Source: Octopus vulgaris (Eukaryota). From it: a DNA stretch of 64,000 nt. Both the position numbers and the translations under genes were made by a program. The DNA lies in assembly GCA_951406725.2 (NCBI GenBank), contig OX597823.1:80104001-80168000 (forward strand), written 5' to 3'. Shown one piece after another: positions 1 through 14,149 of the stretch. The notes below the pieces were generated by a model that ran no database searches, was not told the origin of the DNA, and saw only the letters and a list, made by a program, of their open reading frames with translations. Positions within the stretch are counted from its first letter, which is position 1. Each line of letters starts with the position of its first letter.

Positions 1-911
1 ATTTTAGATCACTTGTTTTCTGTGTGCATGCGCGCGCGCGTATGTGTGCTTGATTTTATCGTTGCTGTTGTTGTCCTCTTCTTCCTCTTCTTCCAATCAG
101 GATTCACTCTATTAGCCACAAAGAATAATCTCTAATTCGAGCCTACTCTAAGCTACTAAGAATACATGTGGCAACTTGAGGGTCCACCCACCACACGCGA
201 TAGACTGGCGGTTGTACGGTCGCGAAAGCTACGTTGTTATCCGCATTCCGTAAACGGTGGCTTTTAACGGGTGGAAAGCTGAACCATCCTGGGGTACAGA
301 GGATTCGCAATGTAGACTAGGGTCTGAAAGTTTTACCACACCATAGTGGGTTACACTATGGCTCCTCTGATTTGTGGCAGAAGTAGGAAGAAAGAGTGAG
401 AGAAAGTTGTGATGAAAGAGTACAGCTGGGTTCACCCCGCCCCCGCTGGAGCCTCGTAGACCTTAGGTGCGCTGTTGTTGGTGCTACAGTTTGTTATTGT
501 TTCTTTCCAAGGACGCCCTGACTGATCATAGCTAACATAAAATAATGCAACAGTCGTACATGACAACAGAAACAAACATTGCCCAATGTATTTGTTTATA
601 TACATTAAAACCTCCCTAAACTAGAAACCATTCGCTAAGTGATACCTTAGCCGTAATTAGAATCCCAATGAAGGACAATCATGCAATATCAACGTAAGTT
701 ATACTACAAACAACTAAAGCAATGTAAACCAAGAAACCTTCAACAAGTTCTATCCAACATGAATGAAGGAAAACTTAGAACAGACTACAAGGTATAAAGA
801 TTCACAAACAACAAGCGCATCAAACATATATTCCGATTATTAATTACCTAACGCAAAGCTGGATTAAGAACCATAGAGGCTCCATGTACCACCATCCAAT
901 ATAATAAAATA

Positions 912-1159
912 AATGTACCCTTTTAAAGCCTAGCTAGGCTCATGGGCCCGGTTTCCCGGTTTCAATGGCGTATGTGTACCCCAGCTGGACGGGACGCCAG
1001 TCCATCGCAGCGTTACTCATTTTTGCCAGCTGAGTGGACTGGAGCCACATGAAATGAAGTGTTTTGCTCAAGAACACAACGCGTTGCCCGGTCCACGAAT
1101 CGAAACCACAATCTTACGATCATGATCCTGACACCCTAACCACTAAGCCACGCGCCTCC
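912..1159 (-). mobile_element. tRNA-derived SINE, family C
   Basis: Head GGAGGCGCGTGGCTTAGTGG...GGTTTCGATTC (A/B boxes), CORE-like TTCTTGAGCAAAACACTTC, tail GCGATGGACTGGCGTCCCGTCCAG; highly similar to 40937-41186; ACCATCC on both flanks. Confidence 0.85.
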
Positions 1160-1415
1160 AAACCATCCGATATATATATATCAAAATATAAACAAAAATA
1201 AACCATTAAATAAATTGTTATTTTTCAAAATGAAACTAAAACAGTAACATGGAAAATAATGGTTTGTTTTATATATTTCCATTTTATTTATATATGAAAA
1301 ATCTTTAATCAGATCCTCAAAATTAATCTTTCGTAACTCATCTGCTTCTATACTTAGTAGATATAAGGTATCCCGGAATTTTTTTAGCAAGCTTAAATTG
1401 ATTTTGTGTGTGTGA

Positions 1416-1478
<63 letters not shown>

Positions 1479-2642
1479 GTAAGCCATTTATTATTTCTGT
1501 AGTGCCCCTACCACTTCTCTCGAAGCGCCTAATTTTGCTTAACGTTTAATTCAGCGCTGACCTAACGGGTGGGTAATTGAAGGAAGATTTGGTTGCTATG
1601 ACTTGCTAGTCGAACGATTGCATATCACGTGTTTTCTTATTATTATTTTTGTGGCTACTACTGCTGCAGTTGCTATCGATGTTGTTATTGTTGGTGGTAG
1701 TGGCGGTGGGTTTGTTATTGTTCAATGGTGCCTCTCAACCCAGCTTGTTTAAGCCTTATGTCATGAAGATTGCCGTTGAATTTAAACAAGGTAAAGTGAG
1801 GGATCGATATCTGATAAGTGAGTGACCGACATTTTCTATAAGTATTGATGGCATGATTGAAAGGAATTTATGTCGCCTATAGGTCGTACTTCAGATGATA
1901 TACAACTTTTATAGTAAACATGAAATGTTTTAAGCTTTGGGAATCAAATTCTTGTATCGCACACAAAATTATAATTCATTTTCGTCGTTTGCTTTTACAA
2001 AGCAATTCTAAGACATTACAATAAGTATATATAAAACATAGAACTCAAGTCGAGATCACGACGTGTTGCTCTTCCGGTATCTAGTATAAATTTTAAGTTG
2101 AAAGTCAGTCAAAGACAATTTAAGGAAACGACAAAATAGTTAACATGAATACATTGGCTATTGGATATTTCTACTGGAAAATATTTATACAGAGAATAAT
2201 TAGTTTGTATTAACGGTTGTTTGAAGAGGTAGCTTGAGTGAAAAGATGCTTGAAAATACAACCCAAGGAAATAAAGGTGACAAAGATAAAGATTAGAACA
2301 TCACAAGCAGAGAGGCAGAGAGATAATTACGAAACAGAAGCAGATTGTTAGTGAGGTAGTAGCTATAAAATAGAGGAAAATATCTTTGTAAACGTGAAGA
2401 TGGATAGAAAAGACCGTCAAACAGACATATCGATTACGTGAATGACAGACGGTTACTCAGAAACAGCTTTGTTTGTATGTGTGTGTGTGTGGGGGATATT
2501 TATAGTCACAGATTCACACACGCACATGTACATATATATATATATATATATACATACATATATTTATATATATTGATAAAAACGGGTAAGACAACAAAAG
2601 AAAGAAAGAGACCTCGATATTATGTAAATAGAGGAATTTATC

Positions 2643-2893
2643 TGTAAATGTAATATGTGACAATTATTCGGTAGCCATGATAAAACTCCGAGTTTCGGAT
2701 GCCGAGGTGGAAATCCACGATCCACGCCACCATTTCTTCAGTTATCCGGCCATCGGAAAAATGCTATGGGTCATTTTTCATAGCATTTTCCCGATGGCCA
2801 GATAACTGAAGAGATGGCGGCGTGGATTTCCACCTCGGCATCCGAAACTCGGAGTTTTATCATGGCTACCCAATAATTGTCACTTATTACATT

Positions 2894-2897
<4 letters not shown>
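2643..2897. repeat. Long palindrome (~120-bp arms) of Penelope-like terminal sequence carrying a hammerhead-like motif
   Basis: 2643-2768 is the near reverse complement of 2779-2897; CTGAAGA-GATG...CATC-CGAAAC at 2806-2848; abuts (TA)n. Confidence 0.8.
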
Positions 2898-2959
<62 letters not shown>

Positions 2960-3374
2960 CATACATATATATACATACACACACAAATATATATGTATAT
3001 ATGCATATGTACATATGCATGCATGTGTGTATGCATGTATGTATATAATAGCTTTTCTTTGAAGCATAATCCATAGAAAACACAACTAAGTCCGAGTTTA
3101 ATTTTTATAATTAACGATATTCTATATTTCCTATTAAGAACTTAGGTACGTTTACTTTGTAACAATAACCTCCCTATGGACATTAGCTTTTCACAATTTC
3201 TCATCTACAGTTTCAGAATGGAATGAAACAATTATAGTGACGCACTGTGACGAAGTTTTGTAGTAGACAGCAACGGAACAGCATCATAATAATGCTATTG
3301 TAACCGCTGAAAATCGTTACTGTCGGAAATATCGTTATTTACCGGCTAATTTTTGTTAATTGCCACAGTCTATT

Positions 3375-4220
3375 TCACTCGTGCTATATGGATGTGTTGA
3401 TTTTGGGTTGGTATTTTGCTATTAATAAAGTTTCCAAAATTGATAAAGGTCTTTCCTCTGCGTGTACGTATGTAGAATTCTATATAAGATGTAGGTGTTA
3501 TTAATAAATGTTTTACATATTCTGTATTGTAATGAATTATAATGAATGCTTGCTGTAAATGCATGTTCAAACGACGAGAACAAGTCATAATAATGTCTTC
3601 GATATAACAGTTTCATTCCCGAGGTCTAAAACATTTCATGTTTACTATGAAAGTTCTCTATTGTCTGAAATACGACCTGTAGTTTGCATATGTGTTGTTT
3701 TGTGTTGAGAGTTTTAAGTCTACTGATTTTTTTATCATATATTTTATTAGGGTGTTACATAATATATTGCATTTTGTGAATTTTTAATTGTATAATTCAT
3801 CCATTCTGTAAATAAGATTAAGATTAATGTAAAAAATAAATAACGCTGAAGCAAAGTAACACCAAATATATAATGCGTATGTTTTTATTGGCTAAACTGG
3901 CAAAATGACCATTCCTAAATACAACAATATCTGTTTCAACAAACGATTTCACATCAAAAATCTTGCAAAACAAATATATAAACGCAAAAAAGGTATATTT
4001 GGTTTTATGTAATATGCTTTGTGGTTTGTGTGTTTTTATCTGTGTTTGTGGTAGCAAGAAATCTGTTGTATTTTTTTACATATTTTTCTATGTATTTTTT
4101 TTACAAAATGGCTCACAACGGAGTTTGAGTATCCGTTATTAAGTAATGCTTGTTTAACTCTTAATGCTTGTTTAACTCTGTGGTATTGTTTGATAGGTCT
4201 GTGCATACTTAGGTGCAACG
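3375..4220 (-). pseudogene. Degenerate Penelope-like element (RT C-terminal region plus GIY-YIG endonuclease)
   Basis: Frameshifted minus-strand peptides RVKQALLNNGYSNSVV, CYIEDIIMTCSRRLNMHLQ and RPLSILETLLIAKYQPKINT follow the order of Penelope motifs (..L..NGYP, YIG.T...L..RL..H, L.ILE.L.I....P.IN). Confidence 0.7.
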
Positions 4221-5207
4221 TGACTTACATCTAATTCCTGTGTTTGTATCTAAGTGTGATATATAACAATGCAAAGACGATGTTTGAATCATAACAACAT
4301 CCTTTCAATCATTATATGCATTCATACATACTTATATACATGTGCATATGTGGGTATGCATGTGAGGATGTGTGTACATTACGTAAAGTGAGTAAGTTAA
4401 GTGGAAGAGTTTAATAGTAAAAGAACTGTAAATTTATATTTAGAAAGCAGAATGATATTCTAAACGAGCGAACACCAGACGAAGAATTCCCAAGCGAGAT
4501 TTTTTGAGTTCGTCTCTTGTCTGGGTCAGTGTATATATATTTTACAATAACGTTCTAAATGTAAATTACTATCTTACAACTTTAACAAAAGAGGAAGACC
4601 TGTTGTACTCATGACCATGTACACAGCCTCCGTCTGAAACTACTATAAGGGAAAGTACGAAGAAAGCACAATCGTGGGTTACTGCAGTAGGGAATAGCGT
4701 GTCAAGACATCAAGACTTGATCTGAATGCTTGCAATAAAGAAACCTAAGGGTTAGATGGTGGGTGTTGAATGGATTATGACAACTACGCAAGAATGACGG
4801 GGAAAAAAAGTTGTGAATTAAGAGGTGACACATTATCACATGCTGACACGCCATCACATATATTACTGTTGCTCTCAGAATATACACGTTTATGTGTTTA
4901 TACGCTTAGTATTTTGTTTGGCTTTATGCTTATGAGAATTATGTAAGAATGGTAATGGATACACGCTCACGTACTTAAACTCGTATACTCACTACAAACA
5001 CACGTACACTCACACATTCATGACGCAAATAAAAGCCTACACATGCATACGCACACAGTCATAGACACACACAAATACACACAGTGTTAGACACACACAC
5101 ACACACACACACACATACAAGGTCGTAGACATAGACACACATAAACGCACATATAGACGCGCTCACACATAGACACACAAATATAACTACACGCATACAC
5201 ACATATA

Positions 5208-5376
5208 GGCGCAGGCGTAGCATTCTGGCTTAGAGTCTAATTTCGTAGCCACGTGGTTCCGGGTTGGGAAGTCACTGCGTGGCACCTTGGACAAGTCTCT
5301 CCAACTTTTATTCTCAGCCGACCAATGAATGACTTGTCAATGGAATTTGGCAGATGGAATCTCTACATCGTACAAT

Positions 5377-5413
<37 letters not shown>

Positions 5414-5575
5414 GTGTGTGTTTCTCGGTATAAAACATTAGAGTGTCGCTTTATGTTGAAGTATGAATTAGTAATTTGAAATGAAAATTCAAGTCGATGA
5501 GAATGATGTGAAATCCATGAAGCCGATGCCACAGCATGGCCGCAGTTCAATAGTTAATATATCAAGACAGAAAAC
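5208..5575 (+). mobile_element. Degenerate SINE, family B
   Basis: GGCGCAGG head, CACTGCGTGGCACCTTGGACAAGT, internal (TG)n, CAGCATGGCCGCAG tail. Confidence 0.7.
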
Positions 5576-5808
5576 CATTTAAATACCCTTCTCTCTCTCT
5601 CTCAATCTTACTTTACACACACAGACACACACACATACACATACACACAAACACACACATACACACACACACATATATTTGAATATCCGATTACAGATAT
5701 TACAGATATTTTAATATAAATATATACATACATATACATATATACATATATATATGTGTGTGTGTGAGTATGCATATATATACATACTCATATGTATATA
5801 TACATATA

Positions 5809-5925
<117 letters not shown>

Positions 5926-6640
5926 TGAGTGTACATACATACATACATACATACATACACACATATGTGAGTGCATGTGTATATATATATATATATATAT
6001 ACATGCACTCACATATGTGTGTATGTATGTATGTATGTACACTCAGACACACACACACTCAAACACGTGCACGTGAAAGCAGAAATACACACGTACACGC
6101 ACATTCTCATACAATCGGCACAAACATTCGTCCCGATAGACCCGCAGACAGAATTACTTCTTCGAGAGAAGCAGGACGTTTGGGAGGGAGGGAGGGAGGT
6201 AGAGAGGCAGAGAGGAAGACAGAAAGGAAGTAAGGAAGAAAGGAAACCAACAAAGAAAAGCAACTGACAAAGTGTGTTGTGGTGATATGCAATGTGCAGA
6301 GGAGGCAAGAATATGCTGAAACGATGAAAAAGAATGTGTGCCAAGTTGATTTGGGGTTTTTGTTTGTTTTTTTGTTTTCTTTTTTTGCTGTGTTTTTTTT
6401 ATATATATATATACCGAACGCATTTAATCCAATAAGATACGTGATATAAACATTTAACAAACTCACAAAGCACGCACACACATTCATACACATTCACACA
6501 CAGACGCACGTACGTAGACGTATGTACGGGGCGCAACACACACACTGTTTTGTAACACATACGCTAACCCAAGCCAATAAACATACACGTACTCCACAGA
6601 TTACACGTCTTGACGTCTTTTATTGAAGCTACGACGAAAA

Positions 6641-6690
6641 AGAGACGAGCGTCGTCGAAGAGAGACGAGGGTCGTCGAAGAGAGACGAGG
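6641..6690 (+). repeat. 20-bp tandem repeat, 2.5 copies
   Basis: AGAGACGAGCGTCGTCGAAG / AGAGACGAGGGTCGTCGAAG / AGAGACGAGG. Confidence 0.85.
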
Positions 6691-6944
6691 GAAAACCACG
6701 TTGATAGTCGAAGATGGGAGAGAGAAGAAGAGGGATGGGAGAGCATTGAGAAACGTTTCAGAGAAAGAAGGGGGACCCAACATCTTTGGTTATTGGAGTA
6801 AAAATTCAGAATCATTTGTTGACGCACACATAAACTTACTACGAACTAAAGAAAGAAAAATCATAAGTTATATATAAGTTATATATAAAAGCATGTTTAT
6901 ACATAGAATGTATATATTATCCTTTTTTTTTTTTCGTTACTTAC

Positions 6945-8493
6945 CGTATGATGGAGGCGTCGATTGATTATCTGGGTCATATTGTCTATCAAACCCTGAC
7001 CCATGTTGGATTTGCTCAGGAGAAGTTCCCGGCTGGTTTGCTAGCCGTTCAAAGTATTGTCTCAGGAGTACTTCCTCTGATGTTTCTGGTTGTTTACTTA
7101 ACTGATGCATAAATTGCACCAGCGTGTCCACATGTGGTTTTGTAGTTGTTTCAATCAATGGTTGTAACGGTGATGATGGCAACGATGGTACAGCTTTCCC
7201 CTTCTTGCCGCTACCTTGGTGCAACTGCCTCTGTTGTTTTTGCTTTTGGCGTTGCAGATGCTGTTTTTGTTTTTGACGCTGATGTTGCTGTTTTTGTTGG
7301 TGTTTTTGTTGTTGCTTTTGATGCTGCTGTCTTTGTTTTTGTTTTTGTTTGTGTTGTTGTTGTTGTTGTTGTTGTTGATGATGTTGATGTTGATTTTGCG
7401 ATGTTTGTTGTTTCAAACGTTCGAAATCCCCCAGAACCGTGTTCGGGTATTCGTCTTCCCGTACTTCAGAGCTGAAACCTCTTCTTTTATAGATCTTCAA
7501 TAATCTGCGTACAAGCTCTTCAAATACCCTTATATGCACACTGGAATCCCCCAGTAAGTATTTTTCCGTCTCCATCAGCTCGTTGCGGCTGTTGGCCTTC
7601 ATTCCACTGTTCCTTCGTTTCCTAACGTTTTTGTTGTTGCTAACCACGGGGAAGTAATCCTCTAACTCACGCCGTCTTTCTGACGTCACCAATTCCACTG
7701 TGCCCTCATAGTGTATTTCAGGAGCCCTCAAGGCCAGTTTCTGATTGAAAAGTACTTGGTAATGTTGCTGTTGTTTTTGATGTTGCTGCTGCTTTTGCTG
7801 CTGATGCTGCTGCTGCTGTTGCCTCAACTGCCGCCGCCGCGGCTGCTGCTGTTGCTGCTGCTGCTGTTGCTGCTGCAGGTGCTGTTGCCGCTGTTGCCGC
7901 TTATGTTTTAACAATGTTACAGTTTGTTTACGATTTCTAAAATTCCTGTCAGAAGGGCGTCTACTATTGTGGCTATTTTTGTTTTTATTACGTTTTTTAC
8001 TGTTTTTGTTGTTGTTGCTATGGTTGTTGCTATGGTTGTTGTTATGGTTGTTGTTATGGTTGCTGTTGTTGTGATTATTGCTGCGATTATTGTTGTGGTC
8101 GAGGTTCTTGTTGTCACTGCGGTTGTGACTTTGATTATGACTACGGTTGTGAGGTTTCTTGCCGTTATGGGTGATATCAATAGAAATGCCAAAAATATTA
8201 TAAGTAGAATTACTATTATTATTATTAGTATTATTAATATTAGTATTAGTAGTAGTAGTAATATTATTAGCTTTATTCCTAACGTTGCTCTTAATGTTTT
8301 TGTGGTTACCGTGGTTGTGTTTAGAAGTGTTGTTGTGATGCTGGTGATGATGTTGATCGCTGTGGTTATTATTGTTGCTGTTGTTGATGTTGAGGTGTTC
8401 GTAATGTTGAATAAAGCTGGTCGACAGGGCACTAGCACCGATGATAACAATAAGATAAGCAACGGCGAGTAGGGCAGTTGAGAGGTTTAGCAT
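6945..8493 (-). CDS. Secreted, low-complexity (N/Q/H-rich) precursor protein; probably a first coding exon
   Basis: About 1.55 kb open frame. The ORF-track start at 8532 is GTG; the first ATG is at 8493, with an in-frame TAA at 8538-8536. N-terminus MLNLSTALLAVAYLIVIIGASALS is signal-peptide-like. Non-repetitive blocks (LALRAPEIHYEGTVELV..., YLLGDSSVHIRVFEELVRRLL, HVDTLVQFMHQL...) lie between poly-N/poly-Q tracts. KR/RR/RKRR sites present. The frame ends at TAC G|GTAAGT (donor 6944-6939); unspliced, it stops at 6937. Confidence 0.75.
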
Positions 8494-8928
8494 CACTGCC
8501 GGTTTGTAAAGAGGCCCCGACAAAAAAGGCACTACTTACACTTTGAAACGGAGGAGTGTGAGCGAAGAATCATACATAGATATATATACATGAACGGTGT
8601 TATTAACAACACCACGCGGGCGAAATGATGCTTGGAATGGAACTAAAGATAAAGAAAACCTTGGGTGGAGCGGGGTAAGTGGAGTGGAGGTTTTGATGTA
8701 GTTTGAGCGCGTGCGTGCGTAGGGGTGTGCGCGTGTGGTGGGGGCCGTGGATGGATATCGGGTGGATGAATGGCAGGGAAGAGTGTTTCGCTACGGTTAG
8801 GCAGACGGAGTTGGGGGATGTGATAGATAGTCAGCTAGGAAAATAGAAAGTTAAGTAGGTAGGTCGATAGGGAGGATGAAAGGTAAGTAGTTTTTTTCTG
8901 AAGTTAGGTAAATCGTAAGAGGATGGGT

Positions 8929-9158
<230 letters not shown>

Positions 9159-9484
9159 GAAATAGTATTGTTCACTGAATGACTAAAATTGAGGGTGGGC
9201 TAATCAAATTAGGTAGGTAGATACGTAGGTAGGTAAATAGGTAGAGGGTAGATAGGGTAGATGGTTAAATAGGTGTTGATGGAGATGAGAGCTTTTTAAT
9301 TGATGGATAATTGAAAATGGAGGAAAGAGTGAATCAGAGAAAGAGGATAGGAAAGATTTCAAATATGGCGTTGTTGTTGTAGTTGCTGTTGCTTTGTTGT
9401 TGCTGTTGCTGGTGGTGGTGGAGGGGGGTGTTGAGGTAGACAGCAGGTAAAACGTTGATTAAGAAAGGAAGTGCTAGTGTCTTG

Positions 9485-9535
<51 letters not shown>

Positions 9536-9752
9536 GGATTCGGACGTATGAAACAGGTGGATGTAAATTATATTGATAGAGCGGATGATAGAAACACAGA
9601 GAGAGGTTGTGGGATACAGAGAGAAGAAGAGAAAGAGGAGGCAGTGACAATCAGACAGTTAGTCAGAAAGACAAACAGACAGACAGATAAATAGATAGAT
9701 AGATAGATAGAAAATACGAAAGATGTACACTGATCAAGAAAACTTCATGGAC

Positions 9753-9815
<63 letters not shown>

Positions 9816-9908
9816 TGTTGTTGTTGTTGTTGTTGTTGTTGTGGGCTGATGGTGGTGGTGGTTGTGGTGGTGGTTGTGGTGGTGGTGATGGTGGTGATGG
9901 TGGTGGTT
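9753..9908 (+). repeat. Compound trinucleotide microsatellite (AGT)n(TGT)n(GGT)n
   Basis: Direct reading. Confidence 0.9.
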
Positions 9909-10684
9909 GCTAGCGCCTCACTCCGTTAGGTTAACTGTTGTTGCTGTTGTTTTTTTTACCAATCTGACTTAGTTGTTGTCGTTGATAATTGTTGGTTGTT
10001 GTTGTTGTTTGGTTGTTTACAAAGACACCATTAAATGTGTATAAATGTTGCTATGTTGATTGTGTTGGCTGTTGTTCTTGCAGATAACTTTATATAGTCG
10101 TACAGCTGTTGCAAATGATGATGATGATGACAATAATAATAATAATAATAATAACACTAATAATAATTATGATGATGATAATAATAATAATGATGATAAT
10201 AATAATAATGCAGATGCTCCTGTCGATACTCCGGCGGTTATTCTGTTGCTCTTTTAAGGTTTGCAATAGTTCTCTTTATATTTGTTTAACATCAAGCTGT
10301 AGGAGATGACACTACCATCACAACCAGTGCCAAACGCTGCCCCATGGGTGGGCGTTGTTGTCATCTGTAGCTAATGTGAGCATCTGTGTGTGGGACGGTA
10401 TCGACCGCAATACCGGTAACCTTGAAAACGAAATCGAAATACAGGTGAATGTTAATTATTTATTTATTTATTATATATTTTTTTATATTCATTTATTTGA
10501 TTTTTTTTTTAAATAATATCAATTACATTTGTACAATCATATATTATGAATTCATTCTATCACTCACACACATACACGCACATAATACACAAATGTATAA
10601 TCATGTATGTGTGTAAATACATACACTCAAATGCATACATATACATACATTTACATACACATAGATATAAAATATACAGTGCTC

Positions 10685-10752
<68 letters not shown>

Positions 10753-11196
10753 TGCATACACACATACATACATACATACATGCATACATACATACATACA
10801 TACATACATGCATACATGCATACATACATACATACATACATACATACATACATACATACATACATACATACACACAATACACATGTATAGTTTGTATATT
10901 TCGGGGAAATGGAAACTGAAAGAAGCTCATCGCATATATATGATAGTATATTAATGTGTGTGTATCTTTGTGTTTGTAGATGTTCCCCCTCACCGTTTGA
11001 TAACCAGTGATGGTTTGTTTACGTTCCGGTAAAAGAGCTCAAGAGAATAAACGTCAGGCTTTAAAAACAATTAAAAATAAGTACTGGGGTCGATTTGACT
11101 CACAAAATCCCTTTTTAGTGCTTCTCCAGCATGCCAACAGTCATAGAGGGACAAGCGAAAAAGGGAGAAGTCAGAAAGGGACAATATATATATATA

Positions 11197-11380
11197 GGAG
11201 GTGCAATGGCCCAATGGTTAAGGCAGCGGACTCGCGGTCGTAGAATCGCGGTTTCGATTACCAGACCGGGCGTTGTGAGTGTTTATTGAGCGAAAATACC
11301 TAAAAGCACCACGAGCGCATTGTGACCAGCGATGTGTACCAACATCTGATAGCCTGGTCGGTCACGTGATCACGTGAACA
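11197..11380 (+). mobile_element. tRNA-derived SINE 5' part, family H
   Basis: GGAGGTGCAATGGCCCAATGGTTAAGG (A box) ... GGTTTCGATTACC (B box), followed by non-tRNA body. A degenerate family-B 3' tail precedes it at ~10980-11165. Confidence 0.65.
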
Positions 11381-12346
11381 TTTCGAAGGGAAGGCATAAG
11401 GTCAGAAAGAAATACAATTCTAGGAGAATAGGGCGTAATAACATTATTTAGATGGGTGCACTTCTTTTCTTGAGAGGGGCACGTGCCCCTCAGGCGCTCC
11501 CCTTGGGTCCACTCTTTTATGTATATATATATTAAAGGAAAAGGAAAAGGAAAACAAAACCATGGCAGGACGAGCATCTCAGATCATTTAAAGTATTTAA
11601 TAAGCGTAAAGACATTACTTACTTCTACTTCTTTTTTGATCCACTTTTACTCTAATCAAGTATTCTAAATTGCCTGTTTGCCTTTTCGTTTAATATATAC
11701 CCACTGGATGGGCAGCCTACTAGGGACCCCTGGCTCCAGCCTTAGCTGTGGTCTTGGAACCCAACGGATGACCAATTTATTATAGCACTTAACGCAACGT
11801 ACCTATTGATTTAGATCATCAGTGAACTAAATCCCTCATATTCCTTATATATATATATATATATATATGACAAAGGCTGAAGTTAGAGAACAGTTAATTT
11901 TCGCTTTCACTATTTTAAAAACGACTATTGTTTTCTAATTTGGCTGCAAATCCCAAAAGTGAAAACAATAATCTCTCCTCTGTACTTCAGTCATATTCTT
12001 ACCACTCTCCCGCAATTTCTTTTTCTCTTTCGTTTTCATCTCTATTACTTTCGGTCTTTAAAATATTAACTTCCAAAATAAGGCCAAAACCCCAATACCA
12101 CACATTGAAGAGTAAGTTTGACGTTAGGGCTTATTATACCGACCCTCCAATCATCTCTGTAAATACCTGTATTTGAAATGTGATCATTTCATGGACTATG
12201 AAAGGGTCAAAGCCTTTTGGGTAGGTTTCCAATTCATATCATAAAAATAGGACTTTATGTGTGTCAAAAGAAGAAGTTCTTTATTGATGTTGTATATAGT
12301 GAGACACAACTAATAGTGAACTGACAGAACTGGATGTACGTGAGGC

Positions 12347-12401
<55 letters not shown>

Positions 12402-12508
12402 ACACATACACACATTTATACATATATATTTTATACATATACAAATATATACACATACTATACATATGTTTATTATATATTTACACACACATATATATGT
12501 ATTGCATA

Positions 12509-12543
<35 letters not shown>

Positions 12544-12655
12544 GAGAGACAGACGCAATAGTCATACGGGCACTCACACATACATGTAGATATATACACA
12601 CGCACACACACACATATATATGTATATATATATGTATGTAAATGTGTGTATGCAC

Positions 12656-12691
<36 letters not shown>

Positions 12692-12760
12692 ATATATATA
12701 TATTGATATATTTATATATATGCATGTATGTATGCGTGTGTGTATGCATGTATGTATGTC

Positions 12761-12792
<32 letters not shown>

Positions 12793-13526
12793 TGTCTATA
12801 TGTATGCACATATGCACATGAACTGACATGTAAGATAATAGAAAACAGCATAAACTTTGCTCACTCGTCTGTTTCTTCATCAGAAACCCTACTCCCTCCC
12901 TCCAACCCTTCCACCACGCCCACCCCACCCCTCATTCTGTCTTCTCCCTTTCTCGCTTCTCCCTCTACATCTCTGAGGGTTTTGCTGACCCTGCTTAACT
13001 TACGAGTTGCTAACTTAAAGGATTGCTGCAGATGCTAGAATATTAAAGCATTGAAATCGTCTACTGTAAATGTGTTTGGTAACTATAACAACGGAATCAT
13101 TTCATCAGTAACTCTTCCTTCTACTCTATGCATCCTACTACCTCAGATTATTTATTTATTTATTTGTTTGTTTGTTTGTTTGTTTGTTTACTTTTTTTTT
13201 ATTTATATTTTTTATTTCTATTTATTTATTTATTTAGTTTTTAAATATTTTTTCCTACTTCAGCATCCCTTCACATTTTTTTGCTGTAATATATACATAC
13301 AAGTGTGTGAGTATGCACGCATGCGTGCATGCATGCATGTATATATGTATGTATGTGTAATGCATACATATATTAAATATTTATGTGCATATATATATAT
13401 ATGTGTGTGTGCATACATATATACATATATATATGGACATAAATATATAGAGATACATACAGATACACACATACACACACACACACATCTATATGCATAT
13501 GTACATATGTATATATATGTGTAATG

Positions 13527-13612
<86 letters not shown>

Positions 13613-14149
13613 CATGCATATCCATACTTTACACTTACGATTGCGTCTTTCCCCCTCTCTCTCCGTCTCTCTCTCTCTCTATGTGTGTGTGTATGTGTGT
13701 GTGTGTGTGTGTATGTATGCATACATACACGCACACGCGCACACACTCAGACACACACACACGCTGATAAAAATATATATATACAGGTAAAATTGTAAAC
13801 ATTTGAAGAAATACATAAATTAATGGTGATACATTTGATCTCTAAAAATTCTGGATTAAAAGTTGATTTAGATATTGAAAATTATAATTTTCTACAGCAA
13901 ATAATTCTGGACAACTAGTTGAGATCTGGTTATCGTTTGTAAAACACGTTTTCCAGCAGCTTGTTTCATTACTTCCGGAGCTTGACCTGGGTCAAAGAAG
14001 GGCCAGAATGATGCACCAGACATTTGGAATGTTATTAAATGTTCACAAAGAGAAAAAAAAATGATGAGTCTGCAAGCATTCATTCCATACCCAAGCATTG
14101 CTGTTTTGAGAAGTCATTTCGACCAGCTGTTGTCACATATGGGATATTT

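Noticed and set aside
6945-7080. Resemblance of LLRQ...YDPDNQSTPP to Noggin/Trunk or Cys-loop receptor N-termini
   Set aside because: Only a few residues match, and no downstream Cys-rich or receptor exon was found in 1-6900.
7146-8472. Antisense and alternative-frame ORFs over the main CDS
   Set aside because: Shadows of CAA/AAC/CAG codon repeats.
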